Shown piece by piece: positions 19,922 through 29,803 of a stretch of DNA of 64,000 nucleotides. The translations under genes and the position numbers were made by a program. Numbering within the stretch: the first letter of the stretch is position 1; every line of letters begins with the position of its first letter. The DNA comes from Limnochordia bacterium (GTDB taxonomy: Bacteria > Bacillota > Limnochordia > DTU080), in contig JBMNJG010000011.1 of assembly GCA_050951545.1 (NCBI GenBank), forward strand, positions 32,001 to 96,000. The letters run 5' to 3'. A model generated the notes under the pieces. It saw only the letters and a list, made by a program, of their open reading frames with translations. It searched no databases and was not told the origin of the DNA.

Positions 19922-21655
19922 ATGAAACGCAGCACGCCGATGCGCTTGCTAGGTCTTATGGCACCCTACCTGTGGGCGGTTGTACTGGGTGGAGCCATGG
20001 TAGCGTTCTCAGCGTTCATACAGCTTCTCCTACCCATTGCCCTAGGGAGAGGTCTCGTGCAAAGGGTACTGATTGAGAAGCAGGATGTGCAGTTTCTCAA
20101 CCTCTTGGCTGTCGGCACCATTGCCCTATATGCCGTCAAGGGGGTGTTTCAGTACGGACAGATCTACATCTTGGCTTACTCCGGACAGTGCTTAGTTCAC
20201 GATCTACGTAATGCCGTTTTTGAGCATCTGCAGCGGTTGTCGTTAAGCTTTTATGAACGCAGTCGTACGGGTGAGACCATCGCTTGTCTGACCAATGATC
20301 TCACAGTCTTACAGGAGGCAGTGACCTCCGGGTGGCGCGACTTCATCCACGATGTGCTCTTGCTTGTTGGTGTGATGGTTGCCGTTTTCTGGCTGCATTG
20401 GCGTCTGACCGTCGTGGCCCTGCTGGTCTTTCCCTTGGTGGGGTTTACGATCAACGTTTTTGGTGGCAAGATCCGATTCTTCTCGGGTCAAATGCAGGAG
20501 AAAGTGGCGGAGATTGCGTCCCAGCTACAAGAGACTTTAACTGGCGTGCGTGTGGTCAAGGCATTCACCATGGAAGAGGAAGAGAGAGCTCGCTTTGCAG
20601 GTAAGAACGAGCAGACCTTTGCAGCAGGCATGAAATCAGCGCAGATGATCGCCACTGTCTTTCCTATGGTGGAGCTATTCACGGTCTTGGGCATGGTCGG
20701 TGTCCTTTGGTATGGTGTACGCGAGGTGGTGGCTGGCAGTCTTCTCGAAGGCGACTTGATCGCCTTTGTCGGTTACCTGGGTATGACCGCTGCTCCCATC
20801 AACGGGATTACGCGAGCTCTCAACCAGTTTCAGCAAGGGTTTGCGGCTGCCGATCGTGTCTTCGCTCTTTTGGATGAGGAAGTCGAGGTCAAAGAGATCC
20901 GCCGTCCTCTCGAGCTGAAGCCCGCCAAAGGGCGCGTGGCCTTTGAGAACGTTACGTTCGCCTACTGCCCTGGCGTTGAAGTGCTGGAGGACATCAACCT
21001 GGTGGTCGAACCGGGGGAGGTGGTTGCCCTGGTTGGGCCCAGCGGAGCAGGCAAGAGTACACTTGTCAATCTGGTCCCCCGTTTCTTTGATCCTTCCAGC
21101 GGTCGGGTGACGATCGACGATATTGACATAGCTACTGTGTCTTTGCGCTCGTTGCGCTTTCAGATCGGTCTCGTACCTCAGGAAACCATTCTTTTTGGGG
21201 TGAGTGCTGCTGAGAATATCCGCTACGGCCGACCCGACGCCAGTATGGAGGAGATTGTCGAAGCTGCCCGTTTGGCCAATGCCGACGAGTTCATCTCTGC
21301 GTTGCCAGAAGGATATGATACGCTGGTTGGGGAGCGTGGAGCCTCTCTTTCTGGTGGTCAGAAGCAGCGAGTAGCTATTGCGAGAGCGGTGTTGCGAGAC
21401 CCTCGGATTCTGATTCTTGACGAAGCGACATCTAGTCTGGATGCTGAATCAGAGGCACAGGTACAGGAGGCGTTGGAGCGATTAATGCATAATCGCACAA
21501 CGTTTGTCATTGCCCACCGACTTTCCACGGTGATGCACGCGGATCGGATCATTGCGATGGAGGGCGGCCGGATCGTGCAGGAGGGTAGCCACACAGAGTT
21601 GATGGCTGTTGACGGGCTCTACAAGCGCCTCTACGAGGTGCAGTACTCGCTATGA
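19922..21655 (+). CDS. msbA: Lipid A flippase MsbA-like ABC exporter
   Basis: 6-TM domain fused to NBD (GPSGAGKS, LSGGQKQR, DEATSSLD); inside lpx cluster. Confidence 0.85.
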   Translation: MKRSTPMRLLGLMAPYLWAVVLGGAMVAFSAFIQLLLPIALGRGLVQRVLIEKQDVQFLNLLAVGTIALYAVKGVFQYGQIYILAYSGQCLVHDLRNAVFEHLQRLSLSFYERSRTGETIACLTNDLTVLQEAVTSGWRDFIHDVLLLVGVMVAVFWLHWRLTVVALLVFPLVGFTINVFGGKIRFFSGQMQEKVAEIASQLQETLTGVRVVKAFTMEEEERARFAGKNEQTFAAGMKSAQMIATVFPMVELFTVLGMVGVLWYGVREVVAGSLLEGDLIAFVGYLGMTAAPINGITRALNQFQQGFAAADRVFALLDEEVEVKEIRRPLELKPAKGRVAFENVTFAYCPGVEVLEDINLVVEPGEVVALVGPSGAGKSTLVNLVPRFFDPSSGRVTIDDIDIATVSLRSLRFQIGLVPQETILFGVSAAENIRYGRPDASMEEIVEAARLANADEFISALPEGYDTLVGERGASLSGGQKQRVAIARAVLRDPRILILDEATSSLDAESEAQVQEALERLMHNRTTFVIAHRLSTVMHADRIIAMEGGRIVQEGSHTELMAVDGLYKRLYEVQYSL

Positions 21656-21674
21656 AGCACAAGGGAGCCAGCAT

Positions 21675-22865
21675 ATGAGCACTCGTTTGCTTGTCATCAG
21701 CAATGGTCATGGTGAGGACACCATGGGTGTCTTGCTGGGATGCGCTCTGCGTGGGCGTGGTCTGGCGGTCTCGGCCTTTCCTCTTGTAGGTGAGGGCCGG
21801 GCCTATGTCTCTGCTGGTCTACCCGTGGTTGGCGTGCAGGCGGCCATGCCTTCAGGCGGTTTTGTATTGGAAGGGATACATGGCCTGTGGCAGGATGTAC
21901 GTGCAGGCCTGCTGAAGCTCACCTGGCGGCAGACACAGGCGATGCGTCAGCTTTCTAGCGAGTCAGATTGGGCCGTGGGGGTGGGTGATATCTACCCTCT
22001 CTTGATGAATGCTCTTTTCCTGCGCCGGCCCTTTTTGTTTGTGCCTACTGCGAAATCCGATTACATTCGGGGCCACTTTGGTTGGGAGGTCGCCCTGATG
22101 CGGGCCCATTGCCGGGCCGTTTTCCCTCGCGATTCTCGCACAGCGGCTGCTTTGGCCGCTCAAGGGGCGCCAGCGGAATATCTTGGTAATCTGATGATGG
22201 ATGCCCTACACATTACCGGGTACGACTTTGGGGTAGGTGATCGGCCTATCGTCGCCCTGCTACCAGGGAGCCGAGAACCTGAGGCCTATCGCAACACACG
22301 GCTCATGCTGAGCACCGTGCAATCTTTGTGCAACGATCCTGACATGGTCGGGGCGCGGGCGCCCGTCTTTCTGCTGGCACTAGCTGGGGGACTCTCAGAG
22401 ACGGAGCTGGCGGCTGTGGTTGGTCAAGGCGGCTGGCGGTGGCAGTCAGAGACGGCTGGCGGAGGGTCTCTCATATCTGGCGATGGCGGCTGTCGGGTGA
22501 ATGTCGTCCGAGGCCGATTTGGCGACGTGGTGGCCCAGGCTTGCGTGGTTCTGGGTATGTCGGGTACGGGCAACGAACAGGCGGCAGGTTTGGGCGTGCC
22601 AGTGGTGGCACCCATCGGGCCGGGACCTCAGTTCACCAGACGCTTCGCGCTCGATCAACAGCGGCTGTTGGGGGAGGCTGTATGGGTTGTTGAGCAGGGA
22701 GCGGAGGCGGCTGCTGCGGTACGTACCCTGTTGCTTGATGAGCAGAGACGTCGGCGTATGGGTCGCGTAGGCGAGGAGCGCATGGGCGTGCCCGGGGCTA
22801 CGCTGCGGATGGTGGAACGTATGCTGGCGGTAATGAGCTCTGAGACGGTAGGGGGAGAGGTGTGA
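21675..22865 (+). CDS. Lipid-A-disaccharide synthase-related protein (paralog 3)
   Basis: SNGHGED, PLVGEG, PSGGF, GNLMMD, LLPGSR, GTGNEQAAGLG, GPQFT - cyanobacterial-type LpxB-related family. Confidence 0.82.
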   Translation: MSTRLLVISNGHGEDTMGVLLGCALRGRGLAVSAFPLVGEGRAYVSAGLPVVGVQAAMPSGGFVLEGIHGLWQDVRAGLLKLTWRQTQAMRQLSSESDWAVGVGDIYPLLMNALFLRRPFLFVPTAKSDYIRGHFGWEVALMRAHCRAVFPRDSRTAAALAAQGAPAEYLGNLMMDALHITGYDFGVGDRPIVALLPGSREPEAYRNTRLMLSTVQSLCNDPDMVGARAPVFLLALAGGLSETELAAVVGQGGWRWQSETAGGGSLISGDGGCRVNVVRGRFGDVVAQACVVLGMSGTGNEQAAGLGVPVVAPIGPGPQFTRRFALDQQRLLGEAVWVVEQGAEAAAAVRTLLLDEQRRRRMGRVGEERMGVPGATLRMVERMLAVMSSETVGGEV

Positions 22866-23806
22866 GTCAGCATCAGGTGTTGCCAGTGATCAGCGTGGTG
22901 ATCCCCGTCTATAATCGGCGCGTGATTATGGCGAAGACACTAGGCTATCTGAGCCAGCAAACACTAGACCCGACGCGGTTTGAAGTGGTTGTGGTAGATG
23001 ATGCCTCTACGGATGGTACCGGAGAGATGATCAAGAGTCTCAAGCCTCCCTACCTCTTGCGTTACTTTTCTATGCCCGAGCGTGGCGGCCCTGCGGGGGC
23101 ACGCAACAAGGGGGTGCGTGAAGCACAGGGGAGTCTGATCGTTTTCATCGATAGTGACTTGGTGCCAGCTCCTGAGCTGCTCGAGGCGCACCTGGAGGCG
23201 CATCAGTCGGCAGACAACGTGATAGGGCACGGGCCAGTGATTCATACCACTGATTTGGACAACCCTACGGCCACGCGCATGAAGCTGACTGACATGTCGC
23301 GAGCTTTCTTTGCGACGGGCAATGTGTCAATTCGGCGTGAGCACTTGCTGAAGGCTGGGTTGTTTGATGAAGAGTTTCGGGAGTACGGCTGGGAAGACCT
23401 GGAGCTAGGCCGACGTCTACGGCGTTTGCAGCTGCAGGCGGTACCAGTTCCTGAGGCTAAGGGCTATCATTATAAGGCATCTCTGCAACTCTCTCAGCTG
23501 CCCGCGCTCATGGAGCGCGAGCGGCAGCGGGCTCGCACTGCTCTCATCTACTACCGCAAGCATCCGGAACGTGGCGTGCGCATGTCCATTGAGCTGAGCC
23601 CGGTTTTCTTCTGGCTAGATCGCTCGTTCAGCGCCGGGGGCTGGACTGAGCGAGAGTCTACACAGACGTTTCTCAGGCGTCTGGAAGCGCGCGGCTGTCA
23701 CTTGCCTCTGCGAGTTCTGGTACGACTGATCACCCATCATGCTTACATGGATGAGCTGCGGAAGGCTCTTCCACCCGAAGATCCAGCTCGGCGCTGGGTA
23801 CGTTAG
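22862..23806 (+). CDS. Glycosyltransferase family 2
   Basis: SVVIPVYNR, VVDDASTD, ARNKG, FIDSD, YGWEDLELG. Confidence 0.92.
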   Translation: MSQHQVLPVISVVIPVYNRRVIMAKTLGYLSQQTLDPTRFEVVVVDDASTDGTGEMIKSLKPPYLLRYFSMPERGGPAGARNKGVREAQGSLIVFIDSDLVPAPELLEAHLEAHQSADNVIGHGPVIHTTDLDNPTATRMKLTDMSRAFFATGNVSIRREHLLKAGLFDEEFREYGWEDLELGRRLRRLQLQAVPVPEAKGYHYKASLQLSQLPALMERERQRARTALIYYRKHPERGVRMSIELSPVFFWLDRSFSAGGWTERESTQTFLRRLEARGCHLPLRVLVRLITHHAYMDELRKALPPEDPARRWVR

Positions 23807-23824
23807 GCGAATCGAAAAAGGAAG

Positions 23825-24760
23825 GTGACCCTGTTGCAGTCATCACGAGTTCTGGTGACCGGAGGCGCTGGTTTCATAGGTTCTCACATCGTGGATGCGG
23901 CTCTGGTCGCGGGCCATGAGGTAGCGGTAATCGACAACCTGTCGACTGGGTATGAGAGGAACCTCAACGGTCAGGCTCGGTTCTTTCGAGCGGATATTAC
24001 CGATCGAGCCAGAGTCGGGCAGGTTTTCTCTAGCTTCCGTCCTGAGTACGTCATTCACCATGCCGCGCAGATTGATGTCCGCCGCTCTGTGTCCGATCCT
24101 GCCCATGATGCCCGCGTAAACATTGAGGGTTCTATCAATATCCTCGAGGCGTGTCACACACACGGTGTGCGTAAAGTGGTGTATGCCTCTTCAGCTGCTC
24201 TTTATGGTGATCCTCGTTATCTGCCTGTCGACGAGGAGCACCCTGTAGCCCCATTAGCGCCCTATGGAGCTTCGAAACATACGGTGGAGCATTACCTGGA
24301 GATCTTCAACAGCTTGTATGATTTGTCGTACACAGCACTGCGTTACTCGAATGTCTACGGACCGCGCCAGGATCCAAAAGGTGAAGGTGGCGTAGTGGCT
24401 ATCTTTACCGACCGCCTCCTGAAGGGGGAAGGGGTGCGCATCTATGGCGATGGTGAGCAGACTCGAGATTTCGTGTTTGTGCATGACATTGCCCGGGCGA
24501 ACTTGCTGGCTTTGGCATCATCGTACTGCGGTATCATCAATATTAGTGGGGGAAGCGAGATCAGTGTCAACGCGCTTTTCGAGACCATGGTGCGCGTCCA
24601 TGGCCAGTCAGTCTCCTGTACGCATGCCCCTGAGCGCGCGGGCGAGATTCGACGCAGTATTCTCGCCAATAACCGAGCGAAAGAGGCTATTGGATGGGGA
24701 CCCGCCGTGGATCTCGAGGATGGTCTGCGGGAGACCTTGACCTACCAGGCGCGTGGCTAG
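23825..24760 (+). CDS. NAD-dependent epimerase (UDP-glucose 4-epimerase-like)
   Basis: VTGGAGFIGS, HHAAQ, YGASK, NVYGPRQ, GDGEQTRDF. Confidence 0.92.
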   Translation: MTLLQSSRVLVTGGAGFIGSHIVDAALVAGHEVAVIDNLSTGYERNLNGQARFFRADITDRARVGQVFSSFRPEYVIHHAAQIDVRRSVSDPAHDARVNIEGSINILEACHTHGVRKVVYASSAALYGDPRYLPVDEEHPVAPLAPYGASKHTVEHYLEIFNSLYDLSYTALRYSNVYGPRQDPKGEGGVVAIFTDRLLKGEGVRIYGDGEQTRDFVFVHDIARANLLALASSYCGIINISGGSEISVNALFETMVRVHGQSVSCTHAPERAGEIRRSILANNRAKEAIGWGPAVDLEDGLRETLTYQARG

Positions 24761-24857
24761 TCTGTTTCTGCCAGCTGTGCCAGGAAGTGAATAGAGGTTG
24801 CGGTACTGGAGGGCGAGAAAAGTAGATGATGGGACAGCAGTAGAAGAGGACTCCAAC

Positions 24858-25577
24858 ATGAAAATCGTAGCTGAGGGCTTGGTCAAATCGTACCACGGGC
24901 GCCGCGTGGTAGACGAGGTAACCCTGTTCGTGGAACGAGGCGAAGTGGTGGGGCTGCTGGGGCCCAACGGTGCTGGCAAGACCACCACATTCTACATGAT
25001 CGTCGGCTTGGAGCGTCCTGCAGCCGGCAGAATTCTCCTTGATGGAGAGGAGATCACTCGGGTAGCCATGTACAAGAGGGCTCGTATGGGCATTGGCTAT
25101 CTGGCGCAGGAGTCGTCGGTATTTCGCAAGCTGACCGTCGAAGAGAACATCCTTGCTATTCTGGAGGTGCGTGGGCTATCTCGTGAGATGCAGCGGCAGC
25201 GCTGCGACGAGTTGGTGGAGGAGTTTGGCCTGGGTGAGGTGCGCCATCACAGGGGCTTCATGCTCTCCGGAGGTGAGCGGCGGCGAACCGAAATCGCTCG
25301 AGCGTTGGCCGCTGAACCATCCTTCATCTTGCTGGACGAGCCGTTTGCTGGGGTTGATCCCATAGCCGTGGCAGACATCCAACAGATTGTGGCCCTGCTC
25401 AAAGAGAAAAGCCTCGGTGTTCTCATCACCGATCACAATGTCCGTGAGACTCTTGCTATAGTCGATCGGGCCTATATCATGCACCAGGGAAAGATCTTGG
25501 TGGAGGGATCTAGCGAGGCGATTGCTAACGATCCTGTGGCCCGCAAGTTTTACTTGGGCGAGAGGTTTGCGCTATGA
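24858..25577 (+). CDS. lptB: LPS export ABC ATPase
   Basis: [58 protein letters not shown]. Confidence 0.96.
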   Translation: MKIVAEGLVKSYHGRRVVDEVTLFVERGEVVGLLGPNGAGKTTTFYMIVGLERPAAGRILLDGEEITRVAMYKRARMGIGYLAQESSVFRKLTVEENILAILEVRGLSREMQRQRCDELVEEFGLGEVRHHRGFMLSGGERRRTEIARALAAEPSFILLDEPFAGVDPIAVADIQQIVALLKEKSLGVLITDHNVRETLAIVDRAYIMHQGKILVEGSSEAIANDPVARKFYLGERFAL

Positions 25578-26659
25578 GGATTCTTTCGCGACATCTGGTT
25601 CACGAGATGACTATGCCCATGCTCTTTGGCGTGTGCGCCTTCACGAGCCTGTTCGTCAGTGGTGACCTCCTCAACCTGGCGAATCTTGTGGTCGAGACGG
25701 GGGCCCCCATAGCAGCTGCGCTTAAGGTTTTTCTACTGAAGCTGCCTCAGATAGTGGTCTGGACCTTCCCTATGTCCGTTTTGTTGGCCGCCCTACTGTC
25801 TCTCTCACGGCTCTCCGCCAACAGTGAGATTGTGGCGATGCAAGCTGGTGGAGTCAGTTTCGTACGCATGATAGCGCCCTTGCTGGCAGTGGCTCTGCTC
25901 GTCAGTGTAGCGACATTTGCTATCCAGGAGGCAGTGGTACCAGCGGCCAATACCAAGGCGCACCGAGTGATGGTTCAGGAGATACATGGGGGGCAGCTAC
26001 CCACAGTGACCAGACACGTCGTCGTGAAACGTTTCCAGGGCGGTGATCTTGACTGGCTTTTGTACGCAAGAAACCTGGATGGCAAAACGCAGGTGCTCTC
26101 TGACGTTACTATTATGCGAATGCAACAAGGCAAGCCACAGCAGGCAACGTATGCCGGGCGTGTGGTTTGGGAGAAAGACACCTGGTATATGGAGGAAGGC
26201 CGTACCTGCATCTTTGGTGAAGAGTCGGCCTACACCATGGAGTTTGGCTCTGGCAGGCAGCCCATAGTCTTGGGACACACTCCTCAGGAGCTAGCGGCAG
26301 TGCAAAAAGACCCTGAGCAGATGAGTCTGGCAGAGTTGCGCGAGCATATAGGCATCTTGCGCTCACAGGGTGCGGAGGTCGATGGCCTGGAGGTCAAGAT
26401 GCATCTGAAGTACGCGATACCTCTGGCCAGTCTGGTCTTTGCTTTGGTTGGAGTGCCCCTTGGCATTCAGCCGCATCGCTCGGGAACGTCTATTGGTTTT
26501 GGCTTGAGCATTATCGTTATCTTCATCTACTACACACTGATGACCCTAGGCTCTGCTTTGGGACAGGGTGGATACCTTGTACCTTGGTTAGCCGCTTGGA
26601 TACAGAACATTGTGCTCGGCGTTTTTGGTATCGTGCTCATGATACGTCAGAGACGATAG
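25574..26659 (+). CDS. LptF/LptG family LPS export permease (second copy)
   Basis: [31 protein letters not shown]; start overlaps lptB stop. Confidence 0.9.
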   Translation: MRILSRHLVHEMTMPMLFGVCAFTSLFVSGDLLNLANLVVETGAPIAAALKVFLLKLPQIVVWTFPMSVLLAALLSLSRLSANSEIVAMQAGGVSFVRMIAPLLAVALLVSVATFAIQEAVVPAANTKAHRVMVQEIHGGQLPTVTRHVVVKRFQGGDLDWLLYARNLDGKTQVLSDVTIMRMQQGKPQQATYAGRVVWEKDTWYMEEGRTCIFGEESAYTMEFGSGRQPIVLGHTPQELAAVQKDPEQMSLAELREHIGILRSQGAEVDGLEVKMHLKYAIPLASLVFALVGVPLGIQPHRSGTSIGFGLSIIVIFIYYTLMTLGSALGQGGYLVPWLAAWIQNIVLGVFGIVLMIRQRR

Positions 26660-26724
26660 GATCGCACGGACGGAGCATCTTCGCACCGGAGGCGGGCTAC
26701 ACAGCCACGAGAGGTGCGACCCTC

Positions 26725-27945
26725 ATGTCCGGTCTGCAGCTAGTTCTCGGCCTGATCACGGCCGGGGCCATCATTGCCTATATTGGCGACCGCATCGGCA
26801 TGAAGGTGGGACGAAAGCGTCTCACCCTCTTTGGCCTGCGACCCAAATACACCTCCATCGTTATCACCCTGATCACGGGTGCTCTTATCTCAGGCGCTTC
26901 GATTGGCCTGCTTACCTTCGTGTCGCGAGACATTCGGACGGCGCTGTTTCGGATGAAGGAGATACAGACGGAGTTGGCGCAGAACCGAAGGAGTCTGCGG
27001 GACAGTCTAGAGAGTCTCAAAGACTTGGAGGCCACCGTAGCAAGCCAACGGGCGGAGTTAGGCGCTATAGAAAAGAGCCGGGACAGCGCCCTGCGGGAGA
27101 AGGATCTCGCGCAAGCTCAGCGTGATCAGCTCAAAAGCGAGCATGACAAGATGGCGGCCAACCTGGGCGAGCTTCAGGATGAGGTGGAAAGCTGGAAGAG
27201 GCAGGTGGCGGAGCTACAGGAGCTCGCGAGCACATTGGAGGACAGCGTGACGCGCATGCGAAGTACTGAGCAGCAGCTGCGACGAGACGTGATCGCTTTG
27301 ACGGACCAGTTTCTGGCGTTGGAGAATCAGATGCGTGCGGGCAATTTCATCTTTGCCAAAGAGGAGATAATTGCTGCTGCAGTGATCGAGGCCAAGCGCT
27401 CACTACCACAGGTAGAGAAGGATCTCTTGACCCTACTGGAGACCGCCGATCAAGTAGCGTTAGGTCGGGGGGCGAGGATTAGCGGCAAAGAGCGGGCCGT
27501 AGTTTTGGCCCGCGACGAGTATTTTTTTGAGGCGGCGAACGTTCTCGCTGGTACCAAGGAGCGTTGGGTGGTACGCGTTGTCGCCTCCCGTAACACAGTG
27601 AAAGGGGAGCCTGTGCAGGTCTACTTCCACCTGTTCCCCAATGAGCTCATTTATCGCCGGGGCGACGTGATCGCTACAAAGGTGGTAAAAAGGGGGGGAG
27701 CGGATAATGAACAGGCACTTCTTTCCCTTTTGCAGGAAGTGAACCGGATTGTGATCAACAAGGGTATGATCACTGGTGACCGTGGCGATGTGGGCAGTGT
27801 GGCGGGTGAGCAGTTTGTTGAGGCCATTGTACGTTTGCGTCGTCTGGGGGGGCAAGCCCAAGTCTCAGCTGTGGCTGCTGATGATGTCTATCTGACAGAA
27901 GGTCCGTTACGGTTGGAGTTACGGGTGGAGACCAGCAAAGGCTGA
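26725..27945 (+). CDS. DUF3084 family membrane-anchored coiled-coil protein
   Basis: IAYIGDRIGMKVGRKRLTLFGLRPKYTS signature, long coiled coil, N-x-V-x-GE motif; follows lptB-lptG. Confidence 0.85.
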   Translation: MSGLQLVLGLITAGAIIAYIGDRIGMKVGRKRLTLFGLRPKYTSIVITLITGALISGASIGLLTFVSRDIRTALFRMKEIQTELAQNRRSLRDSLESLKDLEATVASQRAELGAIEKSRDSALREKDLAQAQRDQLKSEHDKMAANLGELQDEVESWKRQVAELQELASTLEDSVTRMRSTEQQLRRDVIALTDQFLALENQMRAGNFIFAKEEIIAAAVIEAKRSLPQVEKDLLTLLETADQVALGRGARISGKERAVVLARDEYFFEAANVLAGTKERWVVRVVASRNTVKGEPVQVYFHLFPNELIYRRGDVIATKVVKRGGADNEQALLSLLQEVNRIVINKGMITGDRGDVGSVAGEQFVEAIVRLRRLGGQAQVSAVAADDVYLTEGPLRLELRVETSKG

Positions 27946-27969
27946 AGTAGTACGCAGAGGAGGGGAGTC

Positions 27970-29520
27970 TTGTTTGATATCCTGTTACGTGGGGCTCGCC
28001 TGGTAGATGGCACTGGAAATCCTTGGCGTTGGGCGGATGTTGGCGTTGTGGACGGTAAGATCGCGGCGGTAGGTCGCCTTTCATCGCTTGGAGGACAGCG
28101 CGTGATAGAGGTCGATGGCCGAGTACTGGCGCCTGGCTTCATTGACGCGCATGTGCACCTAGATACGGCCTTGTTAGTGGAACCAGATGCCTCGCCCCTG
28201 TTGGCCCAAGGAGTCACCACAGCCATTTTAGGGCAGGACGGTCTTGGTTTTGCTCCGGCCAGTCAGGCCACCCTGAGGTATATGGAGGAGTATGTGGAAG
28301 CTTTCAACCCGCCTTTCAGTTTTCAGGAAGACGCTGAAGGGCTTAGCGTGGCCCGGTATCTGACGCATTTTGACAAGCGGGTGGCCGTCAATGTAGGTTA
28401 TCTGCTACCTCACGGGACGATTCGCTACAACGTGTTGGGTGCTGCAGATCGGCTACCCGATGACAGTGAGTTGGCCACAATGGTGCGGCAGATAGGCGAG
28501 GGGATGGAGCAGGGAGCGTTGGGTCTTTCAACGGGCTTGGAGTACATACCAGCTGTCTTCTCTGATACCGCGGAGATCACTGCTCTATGCAGGGAGGTGG
28601 CCCGTTACGATGGACTCTATGTCACGCATATGCGCAACTATAAGAAATGCAGCAAGGAGGCCGTGGCAGAGGTGTGTGCGATAGCGCAAGGGGCCGATGT
28701 AGCTGCACATATCTCGCACTTTAACCTGCCTGCCAGAATCGGTCTACCCTTGATCGATGCCGCTCGGGGCAACGGCGTGGATGTCACCATCGAGAACTAC
28801 CCCTATCTCGCTGGGTGTACAGTGCTCTCGTATTTCCTACCCGGTTGGGTGTCGGAGGGCAGCCCGCGGGAGACCATGGCTCGACTGGCTGACGCCGAGG
28901 TGCGCCGACGACTGGAGCCAGCTCTAGCGGCAGTGGATTGGTCAGAGGTACTCTTCTCATACGTCCCCGGAGAGACGAACCGCGGATTGGAGGGCCAGCG
29001 GGTGGCAGAGGCTGCCGTGCAAGCTGGCAAGAGTGTGACGGATTTCGTGTGTGATCTGCTCGTAGCGACTGACCTGTGTGTGGGGATCATCCAGTTCCAT
29101 ACAGAGCGCAACGAGGACGACTTGCAGGCTACGATGCGCCATCCTGCTCAGTTGTTCGGTAGCGACGGCATTTACCGTGGACAGAGAGCTCATCCGCGAG
29201 GCTGGGGCGCTTTCGCTAGGGTGCTCGCACGTTATGTGCGAGAGAAGCAGGTGCTGATGCTATCTGACGCCATCCGCCGGATGAGCGCTCACCCCGCGAC
29301 GCGCTATGGACTGTGGGATAGGGGCTTGGTGAGAGAGGGCTATGCGGCTGATCTGGTCGTCTTCGATCCAGAGCGTATAGAGGATCGGGCCACCTTCCAG
29401 GATAGTCGACAACTGGCCGCAGGCATGGATCTGGTCTTGGTGAACGGCCGTGTTGTGTGGGATGAGGGGCGTCATACCGGAGAAATGGCTGGGCGGGCTT
29501 TGAAACGCAAGCCTCAGTAG
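27970..29520 (+). CDS. N-acyl-D-amino-acid deacylase (amidohydrolase)
   Basis: DGTGNP, PGFIDAHVH, GLSTGLEY, HPRGWGAF, GYAADLVVFDP. Confidence 0.9.
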   Translation: MFDILLRGARLVDGTGNPWRWADVGVVDGKIAAVGRLSSLGGQRVIEVDGRVLAPGFIDAHVHLDTALLVEPDASPLLAQGVTTAILGQDGLGFAPASQATLRYMEEYVEAFNPPFSFQEDAEGLSVARYLTHFDKRVAVNVGYLLPHGTIRYNVLGAADRLPDDSELATMVRQIGEGMEQGALGLSTGLEYIPAVFSDTAEITALCREVARYDGLYVTHMRNYKKCSKEAVAEVCAIAQGADVAAHISHFNLPARIGLPLIDAARGNGVDVTIENYPYLAGCTVLSYFLPGWVSEGSPRETMARLADAEVRRRLEPALAAVDWSEVLFSYVPGETNRGLEGQRVAEAAVQAGKSVTDFVCDLLVATDLCVGIIQFHTERNEDDLQATMRHPAQLFGSDGIYRGQRAHPRGWGAFARVLARYVREKQVLMLSDAIRRMSAHPATRYGLWDRGLVREGYAADLVVFDPERIEDRATFQDSRQLAAGMDLVLVNGRVVWDEGRHTGEMAGRALKRKPQ

Positions 29521-29623
29521 AGACGCCGGCTACTCGAGGGCTGGGTGCCGATTCCCGCTTTGTCAGAATCTGTGCCCAGCCTCTGAGCAGGACAACAGGA
29601 GGTAGGAGCGAAATATTGAATCG

Positions 29624-29643
29624 TGACTAACAGGTGTTAGTCA
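29624..29643. promoter_or_regulatory. Perfect palindromic putative operator
   Basis: TGACTAACA-GG-TGTTAGTCA in intergenic DNA. Confidence 0.5.
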
Positions 29644-29803
29644 TGCACTTGGTTTGACGAGGGAAGGAGGTGTGGGTAGCAAGGACAGGAGTCATCTCGC
29701 GATCGATGTTAGGCAGACGGCATGTCTTCACACCAGCTGACACAGCAAAAGCCAACAGACACATCGACTCCTGAAAGGGCATACACCAGACACAGTAAAC
29801 CTT

